Shown: positions 1 to 9,945 of the stretch, piece by piece
How the letters are laid out: the number at the start of each line of letters is the position of its first letter
Numbering within the stretch: position 1 is the first letter of the stretch
Assembly (NCBI RefSeq): GCF_006345805.1
Contig: NW_021825327.1
Location: 1 to 15,997 of the forward strand
From: Octopus sinensis
Lineage: Eukaryota
Reading direction: 5' to 3'
DNA length: 15,997 nucleotides
Notes under the pieces: model-generated
Seen by the model: the letters and a program-made list of their open reading frames with translations, nothing else
Database searches by the model: none
What the model was told of the DNA's origin: nothing
Translations under genes and position numbers: made by a program

Positions 1-242
1 TGAATTCCGTCATCAGCGCTATATTCGATAGCTTCATCAAATGCCACCAGCCCCACTTCTGACCCAGCGACATCAGATAGTGGGGGAAGTGCGCAGATGC
101 TAATAAAACCAAGTAACGACCGGGAACGTAAACTCTCCTCCAAAATTCTGCCATGCGCGCCTTCTGGGTTAATCGTAATGGAATGAGGAATCCACATGGT
201 AATACGATAAAAATGGTAAATAATTTTCCTGTGGTTTTTCAT
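1..242 (-). other. GC-richer unique segment, possible coding exon fragment running off the window edge
   Basis: Roughly balanced base composition against an AT-rich background. The minus frame from ATG at 242 is open to the window edge (MKNHRKIIYHFYRITMWIPHSITINPEGAHGRILEESLRSRSLLGFISICALPPLSDVAGSEVGLVAFDEAIEYSADDGI). A second minus frame and plus frame 4-186 are also open. No recognisable domain. Confidence 0.15.
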
Positions 243-356
243 GTAACCAACAATTATTTACCGGTAAATTTCGGTATGTAAATACGACAAAATAATTGTC
301 AAGACCTTTGTAAGGTTCAGTATATAGTAAAGAAAAATAAGTTGGCTAGCAGTAAG

Positions 357-600
357 CTATATATATACATGCATATATATATATATATACATGCATATAT
401 ATATATATATATACATATAGATACATACATACATGCATACATCCATATATATATATATATATATATGAATTTCTATGTATATAAACATATATTCCTATAG
501 ACATATATATATATACATACATACATACATAGATACATACGTACATACTTACATACAAACATACATACATATATATATATATATGTCTGTGTGTATGTTT
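357..600. repeat. compound (TA)n/(TACA)n microsatellite
   Basis: Directly visible dinucleotide and tetranucleotide tandem repeats. Confidence 0.9.
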
Positions 601-1055
601 CTGTATGTGCCTTTTTATACAAAGAACTAGATAGATAGTCTTGGAGCTACACAATATTTTATTACAATGTTTCACGCATCGTTTTCTATTAAGATTAATC
701 GTATATTCCACTTAACTTGAAGTGGTCCTATTTTGTGTTCAATGTTAGTTAACAAAATATATTAGCTTTATATTCACTATGTACACTGTGTACACAACTG
801 ACGAAATAATAGATAGGAGGATAGATATATCGATAGCTAAGTGATGAGATGGAGAGATGGAGAGATGGAAAAACAACGAGGAATAGAGAAAGAGTGAGAG
901 CTCAGGAAGAGAAGAGAGGTACTATGACAGTTAAACAAAGCTTTCGTTGTACATCATGTTAATATACGATGGATACCGCTTTTTCATTAGTTGGTTAGTT
1001 TTCGTTGCCATGGCACTATTGTTTAGTGGTATCTATACATACGCAAAGAACACAC

Positions 1056-1097
1056 GTACATACATACATATATATAAATGTATTTATGTATACATAT

Positions 1098-1152
<55 letters not shown>

Positions 1153-1224
1153 TAATATATATATATATACATATAATTCATATAACATAAATATAAATAT
1201 ATATATATATACATACAAATCTTA

Positions 1225-1275
<51 letters not shown>

Positions 1276-1575
1276 ATATATATGTATATAAAATATATAA
1301 TATATATAAATAATGTAAATATACATACATATACATATATATATATATGCATATCTATATATATATATATATGTATATATATACACACACACTAATTTAA
1401 TAAATATATATACACATTATATGAATACATATATATACATATACACGTTCACATAAACATATATACATCCATATAAACACACACACACACACATATTTAT
1501 ATACATTCATATAACTGTATATATATATGTGTGTGTGTGTATGCGTGTGTTTGTATATATGTGTGTATGTGTATT
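1056..1575. repeat. compound (TA)n/(CA)n/(TG)n microsatellite
   Basis: Directly visible tandem repeats. Confidence 0.9.
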
Positions 1576-1636
1576 AATATGATATTTGTTGTGACTATTA
1601 TTGTTTTTTTTTAATTTCTGCTCCTTAATATTGCTA

Positions 1637-1680
1637 TGTTGTTATTGCTGTTGTTGTTGTTGTTGTTGTTGTTGTTTGTT
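1637..1680. repeat. (TTG)n trinucleotide microsatellite
   Basis: ttgttgttg run; explains the poly-Cys and poly-Thr stretches in the ORF track. Confidence 0.9.
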
Positions 1681-2033
1681 GGTCATATTTCCCGTGATTC
1701 ACCATAACGAAACAATTTTGTTTGATAACGAGTTGGCTGAGGAAGTCGATAATTTCAACAAAATTACTGCGTTGATGGCAACAAAATATTTTCTGAATAA
1801 CAATATACATCCTCAAATGGGGGCGCACAAACGCACATACGCACACACATATATGCATACACACACACATGAGCACACACACATATACACACGCACGCAT
1901 TCAAATACACATAGCGATCATATGTTTGTGCCGCAGTGTTATTTGTGTAAGGCCATAAATCTGATCATCTTTCACAAATATTTTCGGTCAAATGCATTTA
2001 TATGTCATTTCTATTGCCGTATTTCTTCATTTC

Positions 2034-2425
2034 TATATACGTATGTGTATATATATATATATATGTATATACGTACGTACAAACATACATACATACATAC
2101 AATATATACATACATATCTATATATATATATGTATGTATTTATGTATCTATATTTAAGTATCAGCGCATATGCATGCTTTCTAAAATCATTTTGTACTGA
2201 GACCAAGACATATATTAACCCGTATATATATATATATAATATATATATGTGTGTGCGTGTGGTGTAACATATGTAAATATATATATATTTATATATATAT
2301 ATATATATATATTTACATATGTATATATATATGTATATATATATATATATTACATATGTATATATATATATGTATAATATATATATAATATATATATTTA
2401 CATAGTATATATACATATAATTTAC

Positions 2426-2490
<65 letters not shown>
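2034..2490. repeat. compound (TA)n microsatellite region ending in a perfect 60 bp TA array (2431-2490)
   Basis: Directly visible, with short unique interruptions. Confidence 0.9.
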
Positions 2491-2494
<4 letters not shown>

Positions 2495-2915
2495 GATAGC
2501 GAGAGAGTAGGATAGAGAGGATGGTGATATATTGTTTATTGATTTACCATTTAATGTGCTGCGGATATTCCAGAAAATAACTGTAGAGATTATCTGCAAA
2601 TACATACATATTCGATAGACACACACTTGTAGTTATAATCATAATTGTATTGCTTCTGCAATGTGTTAAACCTACACCTTGCTGGTAATTAAATATATCT
2701 TACCTGGCTGAGCGACAGTGGACACTCGTCCTAATTTAAATTTTGGAATGGGATTGCTTAGAGGGACCCTCTCGTTATAACTAGTAAGGGTAGGAAAGGA
2801 GCATTGCCTTGCTATATTAAGGGTTAGTTTACTGGGCTACTGGACGTCGTGCCGCACGCCTTCATCGGGTTCGCACACGAAGAAATTGTTGCCATCATAC
2901 ATACATGCATACATA

Positions 2916-3104
2916 CAGGAGTGGCTGTGTGGTAAGTAGCTTGCTAACCAGCTACTTGGTTCTGGGTTCAGTCCCACTGCGTGGCATCTTGGGCAAGTGT
3001 CTTCTGCTATAGCCCCGGGCCGACCAATGCCTTGTGAGTGGATTTGGTACACGGAAACTGAAAGAAGCCTGTCGTATATATGTATATATATATATATATA
3101 TATA

Positions 3105-3153
<49 letters not shown>

Positions 3154-3378
3154 GTGGTGTGTGTGTGTTGTGTGTGTGTGTTTGTCCCCCTAGCATTGCT
3201 TGACAACCGATGCTGGTATGTTTACGTCCCCTTCACTTAGCAATTCGGCAAAAAGAGACCGATAGAATAATTACTGGGCTTACAATGAATAAGTCCGGGG
3301 GTCGATTTGCTCGACTAAAGACGGTGCTCCAGCATGACCGCAGTCAAATGACTGAAACAAGCAAAAGAATAAAAAGAG
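2916..3378 (+). mobile_element. near full-length tRNA-derived SINE (octopus-type) with internal (TA)n(TG)n microsatellite
   Basis: A-box-like TGGCTGTGTGG (2922-2932), B-box-like GGTTCAGTCCC (2965-2975) and an A-rich 3' tail (gaaacaagcaaaagaataaaaaga). A homologous copy lies in the opposite orientation at 14250-14812. Confidence 0.9.
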
Positions 3379-3389
3379 AGAAAGAAAAT

Positions 3390-3576
3390 AGATATATGCA
3401 TACATACATGCACGCATACGTACATGGGCACATACATACTGGCATACATACATACATACATATATACATACATACAAACGCATGTATACATACATGCGTA
3501 TATACATATATAGTCACACGCATAAAGGCACTCATACATACATACACACATACATATATACATACATACATACATA
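3390..3576. repeat. degenerate (TACA)n microsatellite
   Basis: Directly visible tandem repeats. Confidence 0.85.
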
Positions 3577-3717
3577 CAACAGTTTTTAGCCCCTTGTGGG
3601 TAGTAAAGAAATATATAAATACAACAGTTACATTCATTTCTCCACCGCTTTGATAAGACTGCCACTCCTTGTGTGTCTTCATTTTAATCTTTACAAGCGA
3701 TAGTTTTGACAACGGTG

Positions 3718-3720
<3 letters not shown>

Positions 3721-3803
<83 letters not shown>

Positions 3804-3850
3804 TTAATATATATATATACATACATATATCTATAAAAAATATATATAAA
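3721..3850. repeat. (TA)n microsatellite, perfect over 3721-3796
   Basis: Directly visible. Confidence 0.95.
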
Positions 3851-4180
3851 ATACAAAATGGGACAAGAACGCAAAACATTCAAATAGACAACACAAAAAA
3901 CGGATGGGTCATTCGAAGCCTCTAATCTTCAGTCAAGAACCGGGTCATCCTCGCAATTTCGGCTGATTAATTTTGAGATCGCTCCGATCCGGCCAGCCCG
4001 AAGGAAAAGCTAATCTACGAGCATTAGATATCTTGGAAAAAGGATCGAATGTATACGAAACAAGGACAGAAAATGGACGATGCCACACGAATATAAATAC
4101 AAAATACAATAATAATAATAATAATAAGAGGACAAAAACAACCATAACAACAGTGTCTTACGACTTTAGACAGTTCAACT
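3851..4180. repeat. probable interspersed repeat of unknown class embedded between (TA)n arrays
   Basis: Complex ~330 bp island with sharp boundaries and TA arrays on both sides. It resembles a repeat I recall from octopus DNA, but there is no second copy in this window. Confidence 0.35.
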
Positions 4181-4228
4181 TATATATATATATATATATA
4201 GATATATATATATATACATATACATATT

Positions 4229-4484
4229 TATCACCGTGATAACCGTGACCGACCAGGCCATCAGATGTTGTTACACATCGCTGGTCACAATGCGCTTCGC
4301 ATTGTTTTAGCCTTCAATGACGCCACCCAACAGAAGAAAGAGTGAAAGAAAGTTGTGGCGAAAGAGTACAACAGGGATCGCCACCAACCCCTGCCGGAGC
4401 CTCGTGGAGCTTTAGGTGTTTTCGCTCAATAAACACTCACAACGCCCGGTCTGGGAATCGAAACCACTGGGCCATTGCGCCTCC
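4229..4484 (-). mobile_element. tRNA-derived SINE of a second family, internally deleted
   Basis: Minus strand begins GGAGGCGCAATGGCCCAGTGG-TTTCGATTCCCAGACCGGGC, with A-box TGGCCCAGTGG (4474-4464) and B-box GGTTTCGATTCCC (4465-4453). The 3' end has short tandem tcacggtt/tcacggtg repeats running into (TA)n. Confidence 0.85.
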
Positions 4485-4972
4485 ATACATATACATATAT
4501 ATACATATGCATATATCTGTGTGGGCCTTTGCTCCTGCGTCGTTCCGCACTGTCGCAGTTCAATGGCGGAAACAATAAAACCATGGTTAAAGATAAAGAT
4601 GTCTAGTGTCGAAGATAACCTCTGTGAAGTGATTAAGATAGGATGAACGCCATCCAAGCATTATCTCTCAGAAGTCTTATATATCGAACAACGTGATTTA
4701 CACGCCTTGATTGGTAGCACCAAGACAGAACTTGAATTAGAGATAACGGCCAAAAGAAGTTTTTTATATTTGTTGTTATTTTGCCAATTCCATCTCTGAT
4801 ATATACAGTCCATCGAGATTCCGATTTAAAGGACTTGAGGCGAATAATTAGCAGCAAAACATTTTTTCACTGCAAAAAAAACACATTTTTAGCAATTAAC
4901 AATCATAGCCGTTTATTGTCTCTTTTGTAGTTTTGTGTTTTTTCAAAGTAGTGTGTAGCTCTGCGTGACTGG

Positions 4973-5083
4973 TTGTGTGTGTGTGTGTGTGTGTTTCTGC
5001 TTATGCTTGTGTGTGTGTGCACAGACACACACGTATACATACATATATATATTATATGTATGTATGCATATTATATATATATG

Positions 5084-5115
<32 letters not shown>

Positions 5116-5146
5116 ATATATATATATCTATATAGATATATATATA

Positions 5147-5181
<35 letters not shown>

Positions 5182-5184
5182 ATA
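4973..5184. repeat. compound (TG)n/(TA)n microsatellite
   Basis: Directly visible. Confidence 0.9.
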
Positions 5185-5747
5185 AACCAAGAGGAAAGTA
5201 ACAAGAATGGATTAGTAGTTTAGTAAAATTGTTTCATACTAAGAGCATTTTTATTTGAAGCTGCAAATATTGCAGCAAATACAATTGTCTTCTTACTCCT
5301 CTACTCCCTTCCTCCCATTATGTTCTTTATTTGGGCTTGCTACTACAGCCAAATTCTGTTTGCAACAACTTAGTTGTGAAATGAACCGGCGTGTGACCAG
5401 CAGCTTTCCTCATGTCTCCGGAAATTATACCTACATTTTTATGGATGGATTCACCTTCTCTGGGAAGTTAACAATCTTTTTAAAAACTTTTTATGAAGCT
5501 GTGCATCATTAGAAAGCATTTTAAGTCTGCTTATAATTTGACTGTAAATTTCATAGAACTCACTCCTAATACATCATGAGGATAATCAAACCCTCTAGGA
5601 CGTCTGGAAAACATATATTTGATTTAGCTGATGAATACTGGACATTATATTTGCTGCAATATTTGCAGCTTCAAATGAAAATGTTCTTAGTACGAAACAA
5701 GTGTACTAAACTACTAATCCATTCTTGTTGCTTTTTTCGTGGTTATA
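5181..5747. mobile_element. MITE-like non-autonomous DNA transposon with ~108 bp terminal inverted repeats
   Basis: 5181-5289 is the reverse complement of 5641-5747 with about 12 differences by manual alignment (~89%). The ~350 bp interior is non-coding and the ends are TA-rich. Confidence 0.75.
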
Positions 5748-5823
5748 ATCACCCCACATTATTTTATGGTTAATACCATAACGAATTCTGGTGCATCTAA
5801 GTTAAGTACCGTATTCACTTGAA

Positions 5824-5878
<55 letters not shown>

Positions 5879-5950
5879 ACTATATATATATGTATATATT
5901 ATACATTATATATGTATGTATATATATATATATATATGTGTGTATATTTA
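5824..5950. repeat. (TA)n microsatellite
   Basis: Directly visible. Confidence 0.9.
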
Positions 5951-6159
5951 CATAATTGTACACGGTATTATTTATAGCATTAACACCTTAGATTTCTACC
6001 ACTAAAAGTAAATTTCTTCACTTCCACGTGCGCGCACTCGCACGCACACACACACAGACACATAGGTATATAGAAAAAAGCGCACGAGACAGATATTTCA
6101 GAGCTCAATTACATTCCAAATTTTCATTTATTTTATGCTATACTCTAAAAGGAAAATAT

Positions 6160-6510
6160 AGAAAATAAATAATTTCTCGATGGTCGTTTTATGAAAAATG
6201 TCTTACTTTCACAATTACATAAATATCGTTTCTATATTTGTTTTGCAAGACTCTTGATGTGAAGTCGTGTGTTGAAACAGATATTGTTGTATTTAGGAAT
6301 GGTCATGTTGCCAGTTTAGCCAATAAAAACAGACGCACTATATATTTGGTGTTAATTTGCTTCACCTGTATTTGTTTTTTACATTAATCTTAATCTTATT
6401 TCGGCCAGAGTTCTTTCGTCACACTCCTGTGACCGCATCAGTGGTCCTTTTCTTTCTTATTTGTGTGTCTCTCCTTACTAACGGTCAACCATTTATAGCT
6501 GATATATTAA
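6160..6510 (-). mobile_element. putative Penelope-like retroelement pseudo-LTR fragment (boundaries approximate)
   Basis: Minus strand has TATAAAT (6497-6491) followed ~50 nt later by a hammerhead-like core. It lies just past the point where the mariner fossil is truncated. No RT or GIY-YIG sequence was found next to it. Confidence 0.45.
6385..6450 (-). ncRNA. degenerate type I hammerhead ribozyme-like motif
   Basis: Minus strand reads GGACCA CUGAUGc GGUCA CAG GAGU GUGACGAAAGA ACUC UGGCC GAAA UAAG. This is a CUGANGA core with A9->C, a pairable stem II closed by G-C, then GAAA. Stems I and III are not cleanly resolved. Confidence 0.45.
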
Positions 6511-6559
6511 AATATTAAAAAATATATTATTAGATTTTACGGAATGGACTAGCCGTAAT

Positions 6560-7502
6560 ATACTAGTCTAAATTGTTATGCAAAAATCTCACTAAATGAA
6601 ATCTGGTGGAACAATTTTTGGAGATTTGGGAAGGTGTAGTATATTTTTTGATACGAATTATTCCAGAACATGTTAGTGATTAGAGATCTGAGAGTTGAGC
6701 TATAGCTTGATTAAACAGGATAGCCTGCGGTTTATTACATGATTTTTTCCCGCATTAGTTTCAAGCAGTGAGGCTATTGACAACTGGCAGCATACCTGGT
6801 TGTTTGATTGCTCCGTATAAACTCCTTATGTATAACTCCTTACATAATCCAACAAACACTCAATGAAATTTTGTCTGTGTGAAGTCCATCTCATGGATGT
6901 GCCACAGGATTTTGATTCCGGTTTAGCCACCCTCTGCTTGATATTGCCGCAAAGAATCCAATTTCCCATCTCCATTTAAGATTTTGTTTTAGAATCGTGC
7001 TTAGATCTTAAGTGTGAATGATTGAATGAATGAATAAAAAGTTCTTCCATCGTTGTCGACGATGACCAGTATCATCACAGCTGAAGCAATTCACAGGAGC
7101 CAAATGGTTTTTTGAAGATTTGTTGATGAAAGACCATAGGAAATCTATTTTCCCAATTTTAATTTCATCCACGCTTTAACCAATTCCTATGAATGATCAT
7201 AATCCTAACTCTAAATTCTATGAAAAGCTCTTTCATTCTCCGCAGCTGAATCCCTTCCAAGTTTTACCGCTTGTATTTTTGCAATCACATCATTCAATCA
7301 GGAAATATCAGCGCCAAGCTTCATCAAGCAAACTGAAATTGGTGCGTCTTAAGTTTTCGAACCAATTTCGGCAAGTTCCTTCATTCACGACATTTTGAAC
7401 GTAAACTTTTAGATTATTTTTAGCTGCTTTGTTTGCCTCACATCTCGGATGACACTCGTATAGTAAAATGAATTAAACATGCTCTTTGCTTGGTTTCGCT
7501 AT
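6560..7502 (-). pseudogene. mariner (Tc1/mariner, DD34D-type) transposase fossil with stops and frameshifts, C-terminus missing
   Basis: Manual translation gives mariner motifs in the correct order: KEHV*FILLYE..EANKAAKNNLKVY..VNEGTCRNWFENLRRTNFSLLDE (HTH region); KLGK*ISYGLS (WVPHEL, ~7147-7130); NGDGK/WILCGN (TGDEKWILYDN, ~6975-6945); GLHTDKISLSVCW..GVIHKEFIRSNQT; ILFNQAIA (HQDNA, second Asp lost); HLPKSPKIVPPDFHL (HPPYSPDLAPSDFHL, ~6640-6594). Confidence 0.9.
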
Positions 7503-7593
7503 CTTTGCTTTGCTATCTTTTCTTCAAGTGGTAACCAATTCCAAAATATGCTTGATACTTTATGGTAACCTTTTTTTGAAATCACTACGCATT

Positions 7594-7746
7594 CTTTAAT
7601 AAAAAAGTTCTCGTTATATTAAGAAGGCATAGGTTCATAGCTGTTTGCCAATGGAAAATCCATTAAATAATGCGTAATGCCAAAAGGAATCAAAGAGTCA
7701 CTGAATATATTTGTATCACCCTTCAAAAATATAGAGAAATATTCCA
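7594..7746 (+). repeat. left arm of a 153 bp inverted duplication
   Basis: Reverse complement of 8768-8921 with 2 substitutions and 1 homopolymer indel. Confidence 0.95.
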
Positions 7747-7999
7747 CCATATTATGCCACCAATATATATAGTTTGTACAAAACCTTCGTTTCCACACGT
7801 TCATTGCATATACCGATGGAACATCCGAGGCAATCCGGTGGCCATTAGAATTAAATAATAAATCAATACTCAAGCTGGTTGGGGTCAGATGAGAATCCAT
7901 TTCGTTAAGAAATTTCTCAAAATAACAAAATAACGAAAGAGAAACAGAACTGAATACAGGAAAAAGTACACTTGTTTATGTTTTATCACCAGTAATTTT

Positions 8000-8240
8000 C
8001 TTTTCTCTCTCTCTCTATCTATCCATACATCCATCCATCCATCCATTTATCTATCTATCTGTCCGTCCGTCCATCTATCTATCTATCTATCGATCTATCT
8101 ATCTATTTATCTCTCTCTCTCTGTCTATCTATCTATCCATCCATCTATCTGTCTATCCATCCATCTATCTATTTATTATCTATCTATCTATCTGATCTAT
8201 CTATCTATCTATTCATTATCTATCTATCCATCCATCCATC

Positions 8241-8286
<46 letters not shown>

Positions 8287-8287
8287 G

Positions 8288-8338
<51 letters not shown>

Positions 8339-8385
8339 CTGTCTATCTGTCTGTGTGTCTGTCTGTCTGTGTGTCTGTCTGTATG

Positions 8386-8433
<48 letters not shown>

Positions 8434-8501
8434 CGTATCTACCTACCTACCTATCTACATTTCTATCTATCGATCTATCTATCTATCTATCTATCTACTT
8501 A

Positions 8502-8546
<45 letters not shown>

Positions 8547-8555
8547 CTACCTATC

Positions 8556-8622
<67 letters not shown>
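8000..8622. repeat. compound (CT)n/(CTAT)n/(CCAT)n/(CTGT)n microsatellite
   Basis: Directly visible; source of the LSIYLSIY ORFs. Confidence 0.95.
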
Positions 8623-8623
<1 letters not shown>

Positions 8624-8767
8624 GTAAGAATTGTCGCTCGATCAATTCAAATCGGCTATTAATATTTCGGGCTTTTGTTTTATTATCAATTTAACTACAC
8701 TTCTCAGCAGGATTTCGGTATCCACAGTCCGCGGTATTAAGACTAACTGCAATGCTCTTTAAAGTTC

Positions 8768-8921
8768 TGGAATATTTCTCTATATTTTTGAAGGATGATA
8801 CAAATATATTCAGTGACTCTTTGATTCCTTTTGGCATTACGCATTATTTAATGGATTTTCCATTGGCAAACAGCTATGAACCTATGCCTTCTTAATATAA
8901 CGTGAACTTTTTTTATTAAAG
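8768..8921 (-). repeat. right arm of the 153/154 bp inverted duplication
   Basis: Reverse complement of 7594-7746, ~98% identical. Confidence 0.95.
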
Positions 8922-9389
8922 GTTTAAACGATGTTCCATCGAGAGATCAAGAAGATATATGCATCCTAACCTCATTTACTAAATTTCTCACAATTACCAG
9001 TGCGTGGTTAGAATACTTTCCAATATATTTTAATTTTTTACCGGGTCCTCGGTAAGTGTAATATTTTTAAGTATTAATCTTTAAACTAAGAACTAAAATG
9101 TTTCGAGCTCCAAGGACGCTATCGTCTGCCATCGTGAATCGCAGTCGATTGATTGTATAAATAATAACTATGTGTGTGCATACGATTGTGAGATTCTAAC
9201 TATGCGTATGCTTTTTTTCTGAATGAATCTAAAACGTGATGATTCATATTAAAAGTTTTCTATTAAAACCATCCTCCGTTATAACACCGATTGCAAGGTG
9301 GTTGGCTTTCATTGAAATGAATATACATATGCATAATACAAAAGGTGTGTAAACAGATACATGTATGCATATATGCGTATACACAAACA

Positions 9390-9393
9390 TGTG

Positions 9394-9433
<40 letters not shown>

Positions 9434-9634
9434 CATACACGCGGACATGTGTATGCTTACATAGACATATTTATATCTATATTTGCATATCTATACGTAC
9501 ATGCATATATATGTGGGGGGTGTATGTGCGTGTAAATGTATATATATACAAATGTATATAAATGTATATATATAATATATATATACATATATATATATGT
9601 GTATAATAAATTATATGTATATATATATATATTA

Positions 9635-9668
<34 letters not shown>

Positions 9669-9798
9669 CATATATATGTATATGTACATATTAACGCATA
9701 TATATATATATATATAAATGTATAGATATATATATGTGTGTGTGTGTGTGTATGTGTGTCTTCATTCATGTATATTTCTAAATATCTTTTTTCCTATC

Positions 9799-9893
<95 letters not shown>

Positions 9894-9945
9894 ATATATA
9901 TAATATATATATATATATATTATATATATGATTATATGCATATCT
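9390..9945. repeat. compound (TA)n/(TG)n/(CT)n microsatellite region
   Basis: Directly visible. Confidence 0.9.

Noticed and set aside
1945-1965. Hox/Pbx-like site (GGCCATAAATC) and similar motifs near 12360 and 12612
   Set aside because: Short motifs are expected by chance in AT-rich DNA, and no conservation data are available.
1601-2200. 199 aa ORF with poly-Cys and a signal-peptide-like start
   Set aside because: TTG start, poly-Cys comes from (TTG)n, and most of the rest is CA/TA repeats. The short unique part has no recognisable motif.
2916-2985. Possible tRNA genes at SINE heads (also 4450-4484 and 14745-14812)
   Set aside because: Only A/B boxes are retained, there is no full cloverleaf, and each continues into a SINE body.
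4520-4900. Unique-looking segment with a motif reminiscent of invertebrate repeat families, plus short ORFs
   Set aside because: No TIRs, second copy or protein motif is visible, so it cannot be classified.
5807-5967. TACCGT...ACGGTA ends resembling a pogo/Tigger-like mini element around a TA array
   Set aside because: Only about 6 bp of convincing inverted identity, too weak to call.
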